Source of the DNA: an uncultured beta proteobacterium
GTDB lineage: Bacteria > Pseudomonadota > Gammaproteobacteria > Burkholderiales > Burkholderiaceae_C
NCBI GenBank assembly: GCA_903844215.1
Contig: CAIMSP010000016.1
Location: 9,575-73,574 of the forward strand
Direction: 5' to 3'
Length of the DNA: 64,000 nt
Every line of letters starts with the position of its first letter. Positions within the stretch are counted from its first letter, which is position 1. A program made the translations under genes and the position numbers. Of the stretch, positions 37,973 through 47,166 are shown piece after piece. The notes under the pieces are model-generated. The model searched no databases, was not told where the DNA came from, and saw nothing but the letters and a program-made list of their open reading frames with translations.

Positions 37973-38805
37973 ACGGATTCAAACCCAACGAGAACAATCT
38001 GCGCGCCTGGCAGTTGGCGCTGCTCGCGCTGATGCTGGGCCTGTGGCACCTGGCCTCGCGCGACGCGCAACTGGCCTTCTTCGTCGGCGAACCGGTGGCG
38101 GTGCTGGGCCGGGTCTGGTCCTGGTTCATGCCATTCTCAATTCCACCCAACGCCCTGTTCGAGGAAGGCCTGCCCGGCAATGCCGACATTTACCGGCATC
38201 TGGGGACGACGCTGCTGGAAACCGTGCTGGCCTTTGTCATCGGCACCGGCATGGGCTTGTTCGGCGGCCTGTGGCTGGCCCTGGCGCCCAGCGTCAGCGC
38301 CGTCCTGGATCCCTACATCAAGGCCGCCAATTCGATGCCGCGCGTGATCCTGGCGCCGATCTTTGCGCTGTGGTTTGGTCTGGGCATCTGGAGCAAGGTG
38401 GCGCTGGCCGTGACACTGGTGTTCTTCGTGGTGTTCTTCAATGTCTATCAGGGCGTGAAGGAAGTCAGCCCGGTGGTGCTGGCGAATGCGCGCATGCTGG
38501 GCGCGAACCAGCGCCAGTTGCTGCGCACCGTGTACCTGCCCAGCGCCACCAGTTGGGTCTTCTCCAGCCTGCACAGCTCCGTCGGGCTGGCCTTTGTCGG
38601 CGCGGTGGTGGGTGAGTACCTGGGCTCGGCGCGCGGCGTGGGCTACCTGATCCTGCAAGCCGAAGGCAGCTTCGACGTGAACACCGTGTTCGCCGGCATC
38701 GTCGTGCTCACGGCCTTCGCCCTGGTGCTCGACGCCATCGTCGGACGCATGGAAAAGGGCCTGATGAAGTGGCAGCCGCAGCTCGGAGAGACGGAGAAAC
38801 TGTAG
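37969..38805 (+). CDS. ABC transporter permease (NitT/TauT family)
   Basis: It is polytopic and contains the EAA-like loop region ...ANARMLGANQRQLLRTVYLP. A TTG start overlapping the ATPase stop (TTGA) was chosen; an alternative start lies downstream at MLGLWHL. Confidence 0.75.
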   Translation: MNGFKPNENNLRAWQLALLALMLGLWHLASRDAQLAFFVGEPVAVLGRVWSWFMPFSIPPNALFEEGLPGNADIYRHLGTTLLETVLAFVIGTGMGLFGGLWLALAPSVSAVLDPYIKAANSMPRVILAPIFALWFGLGIWSKVALAVTLVFFVVFFNVYQGVKEVSPVVLANARMLGANQRQLLRTVYLPSATSWVFSSLHSSVGLAFVGAVVGEYLGSARGVGYLILQAEGSFDVNTVFAGIVVLTAFALVLDAIVGRMEKGLMKWQPQLGETEKL

Positions 38806-38825
38806 GCCGCAGACGCCACAACGCC

Positions 38826-38965
38826 GGCCCACCCCCCGCCCTCTCCCCGGGTACCGGGGCGAGGGCGTTGAAATGCCACCTCGCCGATTTGCGTCAGAGG
38901 TTTGGGAAGAGGGCGTTCGGATGCCTGCCTCGCCCGCTTGCGGGAGAGGGCTTGGGTGTGAGGGG
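38826..38965. repeat. GC-rich palindromic (REP/MITE-like) element with two hairpin units in inverted orientation
   Basis: The units are GCCCTCTCCCCGGgtacCGGGGCGAGGGC (about 38837-38866) and GCCTCGCCCGCttgCGGGAGAGGGC (about 38926-38950). The element is intergenic, between convergent genes. Confidence 0.6.
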
Positions 38966-38985
38966 GAATTCCCTGTCAGCCCAAA

Positions 38986-39429
38986 TCACGCCTCGGCCGA
39001 GGCGTGCTTCACCACCGTCACCGGCACCCGGCAGTCCTGCACCATTTGCTGGGACACCGAGCCCATCAGCGCGCCACGCAGATTGCCGTGGCCCTTGGCG
39101 CCCAGGATGACGGCGCCACAGGCCTCGCGCTCGACGATGTCGAGCAGCATGTTGGCCGGGTCACCCGACTCGACCACGCTTTCAAAGGCGACACCGGCCG
39201 CGCTCACCAGTTGCTGCGCTGCAGCCAGTTGATGACTGCCGGCTTCTTGGCTGACTTCCTGCAGCACCAGCGGGTCGTGCGCCACCACCACTTCGTACAA
39301 CGTGGCGCTTTCTTGCACATTCGCCAGCAGCAGCCTGGCACGCAGGCCCTGCTGCAGCAGCGACAGCGCGTAGCGCACCGCGTCCAGCGAGAGTTCCGAG
39401 CCGTCAACTGCGATCAGGATCTTGAGCAT
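38986..39429 (-). CDS. Universal stress protein (UspA family)
   Basis: 147 aa. It contains MLKILIAVDGS... and ...ILGAKGHGNLRGALMGSVS (ATP-binding G-2x-G-9x-G(S/T)). Confidence 0.85.
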   Translation of the reverse strand: MLKILIAVDGSELSLDAVRYALSLLQQGLRARLLLANVQESATLYEVVVAHDPLVLQEVSQEAGSHQLAAAQQLVSAAGVAFESVVESGDPANMLLDIVEREACGAVILGAKGHGNLRGALMGSVSQQMVQDCRVPVTVVKHASAEA

Positions 39430-39447
39430 GGTGTTTCCTTGTAAAAA

Positions 39448-40998
39448 CTAGGGGCTGGCCTTGGCGGTCCGGGACGCGAGCGCCTTCTTCTTTGGCTTCG
39501 CGCTCTTCTGCGACTTGCCTTTGGACGATTTCGCCGCCGCTGGGGCTTTGGCCGGCATGAACAGCACCACGGCCTGGCCGGGTGTGAAGGCGCTGCTGGC
39601 GGCGACGTTGTTCCATTGCGCCACATCGGCGACGCTGGCCTTGTAGCGTTTGGCGATGCTGGCGACGGTGTCGGTCTTGCCCGCCTTGACGGTGCTGCGT
39701 CGGGCGCCGACTTCGCGCGCGAGTGACAGCTGGCCGGTTTCGGCCACATGTCCGGTGACGTCGGCCTGCACGCTGGCCGCCCGCGGCACGAGCAGGGTGG
39801 AGCCGGCCTTGATGGTGACGCGTTGCGGGATGTTGTTGACGGCGCGCAGCTCGGCTTCCGACATGCCGATGCGCAGCGCCGCCTGTCGTGGCTGCATCGT
39901 CATGGGAACGATCCACACCGTCCACGAAGCCAGGCGGCCTGCGCCGTAACCCAGCAGATTGCGCTCGAACACGGCCGCGTTGTCCCAGGGCAGCAGGATC
40001 TGGGGCGTTCCCGCCGCCAGGATCACCGGGCGGCTGGCCGAAGGGTTCAGCGCCTTGAAGTCTTCCAGCGAAACCTCGGCCAGCTTGGCCGCCAGCGCGA
40101 CGTCGATGTCGCGCTTGATATCCACGCTTTGGAAGTAGGGGTGGTTGCCGATGTCGGGCAACTTGGAATTGAAGGCCTGCGGGCGCGCCACGATGTTCTT
40201 CACGGCCTGCAGTTTGGGAACGTAAAAGCGCGTCTCCATCGGCATCAGCAAGTCGGTGTAGCTCACGCCCAGTCCGTGGCGCTGGTTCTTCGCGATGGCG
40301 CGGCCCACGCTGCCTTCGCCCCAGTTGTAGGCGGCCAGCGCGAGCTGCCAGTCGCCAAACATGCCATACAGCTTTTGCAGATAATCCAGCGCCGCGCGCG
40401 TGGACGCGAGCACGTCGCGCCGGTCGTCACGAAAGGCGTTTTGCTTGAGGTCGAAATCCTTGCCGGTGTTGGGCATGAACTGCCACATGCCAGCGGCCTT
40501 GGCGCTGGAGACTGCCTGCGGGTTGAACGCGCTCTCGATGAAGGGCAACAGCGCCAGCTCCGTGGGCATGTTGCGCCGTTCCAGTTCCTCGACGATGTGG
40601 AACAGGTATTTGTTCGAGCGCTCGGTCATGCGCAACATGTAGTCGGGCCGTGTCGCGTACCACTGCTCGCGGTCCAGCACCAACGGACCCTCCAGGTCGG
40701 GCATGGCAAAGCCGCGCCGGATGCGCTCCCACAGGTCGGCCGGGGCAGTCAGGCCGGCCACGGCTCGGGAGGCGGCCTCGGCTGCCGTGATGGGTTGCAG
40801 CGGACCGTCCGGAATGATGGGCTGGTGTGGCGCGATCGAGGCGCTGGGCGCCGCGGGCTTGGCGGGGACGGCCGATTCAGCCGCGACCGCCGACGCTGCG
40901 GGCGTGGCCAGCGTGGCGGTGCTGGCGCAGCCCGACAGCCAGAATCCGGCCACCAAGCCCCACAGCAGTGCAAATTTTTTCAAAACTGGTTTTTCCAT
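39448..40998 (-). CDS. Membrane-bound lytic murein transglycosylase (MltD-like) with LysM domains
   Basis: It has a lipobox (LSGC), an SLT catalytic region (ESAFNPQAVSSAKAAGMWQFMP), and C-terminal LysM repeats. Confidence 0.85.
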   Translation of the reverse strand: MEKPVLKKFALLWGLVAGFWLSGCASTATLATPAASAVAAESAVPAKPAAPSASIAPHQPIIPDGPLQPITAAEAASRAVAGLTAPADLWERIRRGFAMPDLEGPLVLDREQWYATRPDYMLRMTERSNKYLFHIVEELERRNMPTELALLPFIESAFNPQAVSSAKAAGMWQFMPNTGKDFDLKQNAFRDDRRDVLASTRAALDYLQKLYGMFGDWQLALAAYNWGEGSVGRAIAKNQRHGLGVSYTDLLMPMETRFYVPKLQAVKNIVARPQAFNSKLPDIGNHPYFQSVDIKRDIDVALAAKLAEVSLEDFKALNPSASRPVILAAGTPQILLPWDNAAVFERNLLGYGAGRLASWTVWIVPMTMQPRQAALRIGMSEAELRAVNNIPQRVTIKAGSTLLVPRAASVQADVTGHVAETGQLSLAREVGARRSTVKAGKTDTVASIAKRYKASVADVAQWNNVAASSAFTPGQAVVLFMPAKAPAAAKSSKGKSQKSAKPKKKALASRTAKASP

Positions 40999-41750
40999 TG
41001 ACGCAACGCCGCCAGGTGGCCCGCAGGGTCCTGCGCCGACGGATCAACGCGCTGGGCGGCGGCGATCACCGCGGCTTGGCGTGTGCGCAAGAAGGGGTTG
41101 ATCTGCAGCTCCAGGCTCATGCGCGAGGGCAGGGTGGGCAGCCCTGCGGCGCGCAGGCTTTCGCAGCGCGCGCTGTAGCGCTGCAGATCGGCGTTGTCGG
41201 GTTCCACGGCACGGGCGAACTTCAGGTTGGAGAGCGTGTATTCATGGGCGCAGCATACCTGGGTGTTGCCCGGCAAGGCCGCCAGCGCATCCAGCGAGGC
41301 CAGCATCTGTGCCGGCGTTCCTTCAAACAAGCGCCCGCAACCGCCAGAGAACAAGGTGTCACCGCAAAACAGCAGCGGCTCGAGCTCGGCCGGTGCGCGG
41401 CAGAAGTAGGCCACATGGCCCGCCGTGTGGCCCGGCACGTCGATGACTTCAAAGTCCAGGCCCAAGGCACTCAGCGTCTCGCCGCCGCGCAGCCGGGTCA
41501 GCGGCTCGGGCATGGGCTCACTGGCCGGCCCGTAAACGCGCGCGCCGGTCAGCTCGCGCAGGGTCTGCACGCCACCGACATGGTCGGCGTGATGGTGCGT
41601 GATGAGGATCGCATCGAGTTGGAGTTGTTCGCGCTGCAGGGCGTCGAGCACCGGTTGGGCCTGACCCGGATCGACCACCACAGCGCGCCCCTTGTCATGC
41701 AGCAGCCAGAGGTAGTTGTCGGAGAAGGCCGGGAGTGCAAGGAGCTTCAT
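40980..41750 (-). CDS. gloB: Hydroxyacylglutathione hydrolase (glyoxalase II)
   Basis: It contains MKLLALPAFSDNYLWLL, the metallo-beta-lactamase motif THHHADH, and GHTAGH. It is the 3' part of the artefactual 850-aa track ORF. Confidence 0.9.
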   Translation of the reverse strand: MKLLALPAFSDNYLWLLHDKGRAVVVDPGQAQPVLDALQREQLQLDAILITHHHADHVGGVQTLRELTGARVYGPASEPMPEPLTRLRGGETLSALGLDFEVIDVPGHTAGHVAYFCRAPAELEPLLFCGDTLFSGGCGRLFEGTPAQMLASLDALAALPGNTQVCCAHEYTLSNLKFARAVEPDNADLQRYSARCESLRAAGLPTLPSRMSLELQINPFLRTRQAAVIAAAQRVDPSAQDPAGHLAALRQWKNQF

Positions 41751-41858
41751 GTGTGCTGAAATTATAGCTTTTGGGGTTAGCTGGAGCTTGCCGCTTCGCG
41801 GGCACAATCGGCTCTGATTCGAATCGCCCGCACGTCCCTCCACCTGGATCCATTTGCC

Positions 41859-43715
41859 ATGAAAACCGTCAGATGTCTGGCCCTGCTTGTACTCTGGGCC
41901 GCTGCGCCCGGGGTCAGTCTTGGCGCGCCGCCCGATGCCGATCGCTGGAACCTCAAGGACCTGTACGCGACGCAGGCGGATTGGGACCAGGACGCGCTCA
42001 AGCTGGGGCAGCAACTGAAGAGCTTGGCGCAGTGCAGCGGCCACATGGGGCAATCGGTGCAAGGCTTCAAGGCCTGCATGGACCTGAACGCCGAGTTGCT
42101 CAAGCGCTCCATTCGCCTGTCCGCCTACGCCTCGCAGTTGAATGACGAGGACACCGGCCTGGCCGCAGGGCAGGACCTCAAGCAGCGCGCGCAAGTGCTC
42201 AACAGCCGTCTGGACGAGGCCTCGTCCTTTTTGAGCCCCGAGATTCTGAAGCTGGGGCGCTCCCGAGTGGACGCCCTGTTGCGCCAGGACCGCTCGCTGG
42301 CGATTTACCGCCATCCGCTGGACGACATGCTGCGCGTGGCGCCGCACACGCTGGACCGCCAGGGCGAGGCACTGATTGCCCAGTTTGGCATGGCCACGGC
42401 GGCAGCGGGCGCGGTCTATGCCACGCTGGCCGACGCCGACATGCCCTGGCCCAAGCTGACGCTGTCGGACGGCAAGGAGGTGCTGCTCGATCAGAACGCC
42501 TACGAGCAATACCGGGTGCTGAACCACCGTGCCGACCGCAAGCGCGTGTTCGACACTTTCTGGGCCAAGTGGAAGGAGTTTGAGCGCACCTTTGGCGTGA
42601 CCTTCTACGAGCAACTCAAGCGCGACGCGGTCTATGCCAGGGTGCGCCATTACCCGGATTCCCTGACCCAGGCGCTGGACGCGAACAAGCTGCCGCGCGC
42701 GGTGTACGACACCATGGTGGCGCAGGCGAACGCAAATTTGCCCACGCTGCACCGCTATTTCAAACTGCGCGGCAAGATGCTGGGCGTGGCCGAGATGCGC
42801 TACTACGACATCTACCCGCCGCTGCTGTCGAGCGAGCTGAAGTACCCGATTGCGCTGAGCACGCAACTCATGCTCGCAGCCGTCAAACCCTTGGGCGACG
42901 ACTATGTCAGCGCCATGGAGCTGGGCACGCGCAGCCGCTGGATGGACGTGTACCCGCGGCCGAGAAAGCACTCCGGCGCCTACATGAACGGCGCCGTGTA
43001 CGACGTGCATCCCTACCTGCTGCTCAACCATAACGACGACTACGAGTCGCTGTCCACGCTGGCGCACGAATGGGGTCACGCCATGCACTCCTATCTGGCG
43101 AACAAGGCCCAGCCGTTCGTCACCGCCGAATACCCGACCTTCACCGCCGAGATCGCCTCCACCACGAACGAGGTGCTGCTGCTGGAACACATGCTGAAGG
43201 TGGCCCAGACCGACGACGAGCGGCTGCTGTACCTGGGCTCGGCGCTGGAGAATTTGCGCGGCACCTTCTTTCGCCAGGCGATGTTCGCCGACTTCGAGCG
43301 CGAGGTGCACGCGCAGGTGGACCGGGGTGAATCGCTCACTGGTGAGGCCATCAGCAAGATCTACGGCGACATCCTCAAGCGCTACCACGGCGACCAGCAA
43401 GGCGTCGTCAAGATCGACGAGCTGTACAGCGTGGAGTGGGCCTTCATACCGCATTTCTACAACGCCTTCTACGTGTTCCAGTACGCCACCTCGATTGCTG
43501 CGGGCAACATGTTCGCCAGCGACATCCTGCAAGGCAAGCCCGCAGCGCGCGAGCGCTATCTGAGCATCCTGCGCGCCGGCGGCTCGCGCTACCCCTATGA
43601 GCTGGTGAAGGAGGCGGGCGTTGATCTGGCCACACCGGCGCCGTATCAGGCCTTGGTGGCGCGCATGAACAGCATCATGGATCAGATCGAATCGATTCTG
43701 GCCAAACGCCCCTAG
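41859..43715 (+). CDS. M3 family oligoendopeptidase (PepF-like), secreted
   Basis: It has a signal peptide and the zinc motif HEWGH within a 618-aa M3-like protein. Confidence 0.85.
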   Translation: MKTVRCLALLVLWAAAPGVSLGAPPDADRWNLKDLYATQADWDQDALKLGQQLKSLAQCSGHMGQSVQGFKACMDLNAELLKRSIRLSAYASQLNDEDTGLAAGQDLKQRAQVLNSRLDEASSFLSPEILKLGRSRVDALLRQDRSLAIYRHPLDDMLRVAPHTLDRQGEALIAQFGMATAAAGAVYATLADADMPWPKLTLSDGKEVLLDQNAYEQYRVLNHRADRKRVFDTFWAKWKEFERTFGVTFYEQLKRDAVYARVRHYPDSLTQALDANKLPRAVYDTMVAQANANLPTLHRYFKLRGKMLGVAEMRYYDIYPPLLSSELKYPIALSTQLMLAAVKPLGDDYVSAMELGTRSRWMDVYPRPRKHSGAYMNGAVYDVHPYLLLNHNDDYESLSTLAHEWGHAMHSYLANKAQPFVTAEYPTFTAEIASTTNEVLLLEHMLKVAQTDDERLLYLGSALENLRGTFFRQAMFADFEREVHAQVDRGESLTGEAISKIYGDILKRYHGDQQGVVKIDELYSVEWAFIPHFYNAFYVFQYATSIAAGNMFASDILQGKPAARERYLSILRAGGSRYPYELVKEAGVDLATPAPYQALVARMNSIMDQIESILAKRP

Positions 43716-43742
43716 ACGAGCGATTCATCGAACCGTGACCGC

Positions 43743-45389
43743 ATGAATCGGCCAACTCTGCTGCGTCTGACGCTCGCGCTGCTGCTGAGCGTGGGCGGCG
43801 CAGTGCCCGCGAGCGCGGCCGCCGCGCCGCCCGGGCCAAAGCTGATCGTGCTGCTGGTGGTCGATGGCTTACCGCAGCGCCAGGTCCTGGACTACCGTGA
43901 TCAACTGGCGAGCGACGGCCTGGCGCGGTTCCTGGATCGCGGCGCCTGGTTCTCCCAGGCCCATTACGGTCATTCCTTCACGGTGACGGCCCCCGGTCAC
44001 GCCACGCTGCTCACCGGCGCCACACCCAGCCGCACCGGCATCATCGGCAACGATTGGCGCGATCCGGTCACTGGCGCGCCACAGTACTGCACGGCCGATG
44101 CGTCGGCGAGCTATATCGGCCACAAGACCCAGCCGCTGGACGGCACCAGCCCGAAAAATCTGCGTGTGGAAACGCTCGGTGATGTGCTCAAGCGCGCGCA
44201 TCCGAACGCCAAGGTGATTGCCGTGGCGGGCAAGGACCGAGCGGCGATTCTGCTCGCGGGCAAGACCGGAACGGCCTACCTGTACATGGCGTCGGACGGC
44301 GCATTTGCCTCCAGCAGCTACTACATGGCGCAGCATCCGCGCTGGGTAACGGACTTCAACGCAAGGCGGCAAGCCGATCGTTTCTTCAACACCGAATGGC
44401 AAGCCCTGCTGCCTGACGCCGCCTATGCGCGCTCCTTGGCGGACGAGCAGCCGTGGTTCCCCTTGGGTGGCGGACAACTTCCCATGCGGTTCGGCGCGCA
44501 AGACGAGGCGCCGGGCCCCCGGTTTTACGGCGCGCTGTTGCGCAGCCCGTTTGTGGACGCCATGACGCTGGACTTTGCCCGTGCGGCGATCACCGGCGAA
44601 GCGCTGGGCCAGCGCCAGGTGCCGGACATTCTGGCCATCAGCCTGTCGGGTCACGACTACGTGAACCACTCGTTTGGCGCCGAGTCGCGCATTTCGCACG
44701 ACCATTTGCTGCAGCTCGATCGCTTGTTTCAGCGTTTTTTTCGCGACCTCGACGCCGCCGTGGGGCCAGACAACTACATCGCCGTGCTGAGTGCAGACCA
44801 CGGCTTCATGCCGGCCCCGGAATTCAGCGCCGCGCTCGGGCGCGACGCCAGCCGCCTCAACCCCGCGCTGCTGCTCGGGCTGCTGAATCAGGGGCTGCAA
44901 GAGCGCTTTGGCGCAGGCCAATGGGCGCGCTATTTTTCCGGCCCAGGAATCCTGCTGAATCACGCGCTGATCGCGCAGGCCAAGCTCGATCTGAACCAGG
45001 TGGCCGAAGAAGCCCGTCGCCTGCTGCTGGCGGCACCGGGCGTGGCCGTGGCCTATACGCGGCGCGAACTCGAGCAGGGCAGCCGCGCCGGCGCACCCTA
45101 CTTTGAGCCGATGCGCAAATCGTTCAGTCGCGACCTGCCGGTGGATCTGGCGTTTGTGCTCAAGCCCTGGTGGATGCTGGGCTCGGGCGCCAGTGGCAGC
45201 ACGCATGGCTCACCCTATGCCACGGACACGCAGGTGCCGATGCTGCTGTACGGGCCACGCTGGATCAAGCCCGGGCGCATCGATACCCCTGTGGAGGTGG
45301 TCGATCTTGCGCCCACCTTGGCACAGCTGCTGGGCGTGGACGCACCGGCTGGCGCCGAAGGCCGGCCGCTGCCCTTGGCGCCACCGTGA
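43743..45389 (+). CDS. Alkaline phosphatase / nucleotide pyrophosphatase family protein, secreted
   Basis: It has a signal peptide and a metal/nucleophile region (VVDGLP...FTVTAPGHATLLTG). ADHGF and GSTHGS motifs are present. Confidence 0.75.
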   Translation: MNRPTLLRLTLALLLSVGGAVPASAAAAPPGPKLIVLLVVDGLPQRQVLDYRDQLASDGLARFLDRGAWFSQAHYGHSFTVTAPGHATLLTGATPSRTGIIGNDWRDPVTGAPQYCTADASASYIGHKTQPLDGTSPKNLRVETLGDVLKRAHPNAKVIAVAGKDRAAILLAGKTGTAYLYMASDGAFASSSYYMAQHPRWVTDFNARRQADRFFNTEWQALLPDAAYARSLADEQPWFPLGGGQLPMRFGAQDEAPGPRFYGALLRSPFVDAMTLDFARAAITGEALGQRQVPDILAISLSGHDYVNHSFGAESRISHDHLLQLDRLFQRFFRDLDAAVGPDNYIAVLSADHGFMPAPEFSAALGRDASRLNPALLLGLLNQGLQERFGAGQWARYFSGPGILLNHALIAQAKLDLNQVAEEARRLLLAAPGVAVAYTRRELEQGSRAGAPYFEPMRKSFSRDLPVDLAFVLKPWWMLGSGASGSTHGSPYATDTQVPMLLYGPRWIKPGRIDTPVEVVDLAPTLAQLLGVDAPAGAEGRPLPLAPP

Positions 45390-45429
45390 TTAAATCCAGG
45401 CCTTCGTCATCATAAAAACTGCACCCACC

Positions 45430-46605
45430 ATGAAATTCGCCCAACGCCTGGACGCCATCGAGACCTCGGCCATTCGTGAACTCTTCAAGCTGCTGAGCAA
45501 GCCCGGCATCATCAGCTTCGCCGGGGGCTTTCCCGACCCGGCGCTGTTCGATGTGGAGGGCATACGCGAGTCCACCGCGGCGGTGCTGGCGCAGCAGCCG
45601 GGTGCCGTGCTGCAGTACGGCGCGACCGAGGGCTGGCAGCCGCTGCGCGAGGGCATCAGCGCCTTCATGGCGGCCAAGGGCTGCAGCGTCGCGCCCGAGG
45701 GCTTGATCGTCACCACCGGCAGCCAGCAGGCGCTGGACCTGATCGGCAAGACGCTGATTTCCCCGGGCGACAAGGTGATCGTCGAGGCGCCGACGTTTCT
45801 GGCCACGATCCAGTGCTTTCGCCTGTACGGCGCCGACATCGTGGGCGCGCCCATCGACGCCGACGGCGTCAAGGTCGATGTGCTGGAGCAGCTCATCGCG
45901 CAGCACAAGCCCAAGCTGGTTTACCTCATCCCCACCTTCGGCAACCCCAGCGGCGCCACGCTGAGCCTGGAGCGGCGCAAACGCATTCTGGAGCTCGCCG
46001 CGCGCACGCAAACCATCGTGGTCGAAGACGACCCTTATGGCGAGCTGTACTTTGGCGCGCCGCCGCCGCCGTCCCTGCTGAGCCTGAGCGCGCAGGTTCC
46101 CGGCAGCCGGGAATGGCTGGCCCACTGCGGCTCGTTCAGCAAGATCCTGTCGCCCGGATTGCGCGTGGGCTGGATGATTGCGCCGCCCGAACTGCTCGCC
46201 CGCGCCACGATGTGCAAGCAATTCAGCGATGCCCACACCAGCAACCTGACCCAGGCCACGGCCGCGCATTACCTGACACTGGGGCGCTTGCAGCCCACGC
46301 TGGACCAGGTGCGCTCGGTGTACGCGCAGCGCGCGCTGGTCATGGCGGAGGCCTTGAAGCGCGAGTTGGGCGAGGCGATCGAATTCAACGCGCCCCAGGG
46401 TGGCATGTTCTTCTGGGCCCGGCTGACCCAGGGGCGCAGCGCCGCCGAGTTTGCCAAACGCGCCATCGACAAACTGGTCGCCTTTGTTCCCGGCGCCCCG
46501 TTCTACGCCCACGACCCCGACCCGGCCACGCTGCGCCTGAGCTTTGCCACGGCCGACCTGGCGAAAATTGAAGAGGGCATTGCGCGCCTGCGCCAGGCGC
46601 TGTGA
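45430..46605 (+). CDS. PLP-dependent aminotransferase (class I/II)
   Basis: 391 aa. It contains FAGGFPDP, NPSGATL, and the PLP-lysine context SFSKILSPGLRVG. Confidence 0.85.
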   Translation: MKFAQRLDAIETSAIRELFKLLSKPGIISFAGGFPDPALFDVEGIRESTAAVLAQQPGAVLQYGATEGWQPLREGISAFMAAKGCSVAPEGLIVTTGSQQALDLIGKTLISPGDKVIVEAPTFLATIQCFRLYGADIVGAPIDADGVKVDVLEQLIAQHKPKLVYLIPTFGNPSGATLSLERRKRILELAARTQTIVVEDDPYGELYFGAPPPPSLLSLSAQVPGSREWLAHCGSFSKILSPGLRVGWMIAPPELLARATMCKQFSDAHTSNLTQATAAHYLTLGRLQPTLDQVRSVYAQRALVMAEALKRELGEAIEFNAPQGGMFFWARLTQGRSAAEFAKRAIDKLVAFVPGAPFYAHDPDPATLRLSFATADLAKIEEGIARLRQAL

Positions 46606-46750
46606 GCCGGTGCCGCGGGTTATCATCGGCGCTGCCGTTTGGAGTCGCTGACGTGAAAGAAGCAACTTTCATGACGCGGGCGATTCGTCGCCGAGGCATG
46701 AAAGTTCGGCCACGCCTGCGTGAGTCCAACTTCCAGACGTCGCACCTCAT

Positions 46751-46827
<77 letters not shown>

Positions 46828-47166
46828 ATCGGGTAAATGCTTTGATGCTATAAAATATGTAGCGCAAAGCTAGTTGAGTTACGCTGCGTTAATGAACGAG
46901 GCCGGGTTTTTTACCGCCTCACTCCAAAAACCGCCCTTGCCCGTCGCAGCCCCTAGCCGACACCATCACACCACCCGACCCGCTTTGACGCACTGGAGCG
47001 CGTTCATGCGCGTCGCTATGTCGGCACAGTGCCCGGTCGGCTAACCTTGACGCAGCAAGAGCCCAACATGGTCAATTACCCAACTGTGAAAGAGCGCCAT
47101 TTTTTTATGGAAATTACTCGCGCGACAATCGACTATAATGATGACTATATATAGCGGAGCATCTAC

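Noticed and set aside
41751-43532. The upstream 590 aa of the 850-aa minus-strand ORF 40980-43532.
   Set aside because: Only the last 256 aa (from MKLLALPAFSDNY) correspond to glyoxalase II. The rest is antisense to the well-supported M3 oligoendopeptidase gene (HEWGH) and looks like shadow-frame sequence.
46662-46706. A 16-nt match (CCGCGTCATGAAAGTT, reverse-complemented at 46662-46679) with 18340-18357, and a 10-bp inverted repeat AACTTTCATG/CATGAAAGTT upstream of the tRNA.
   Set aside because: A single 16-mer match between two places in a 64-kb GC-biased window, counting both strands, is about what chance predicts (expectation near 1). The inverted repeat alone is not enough to call a regulatory site.
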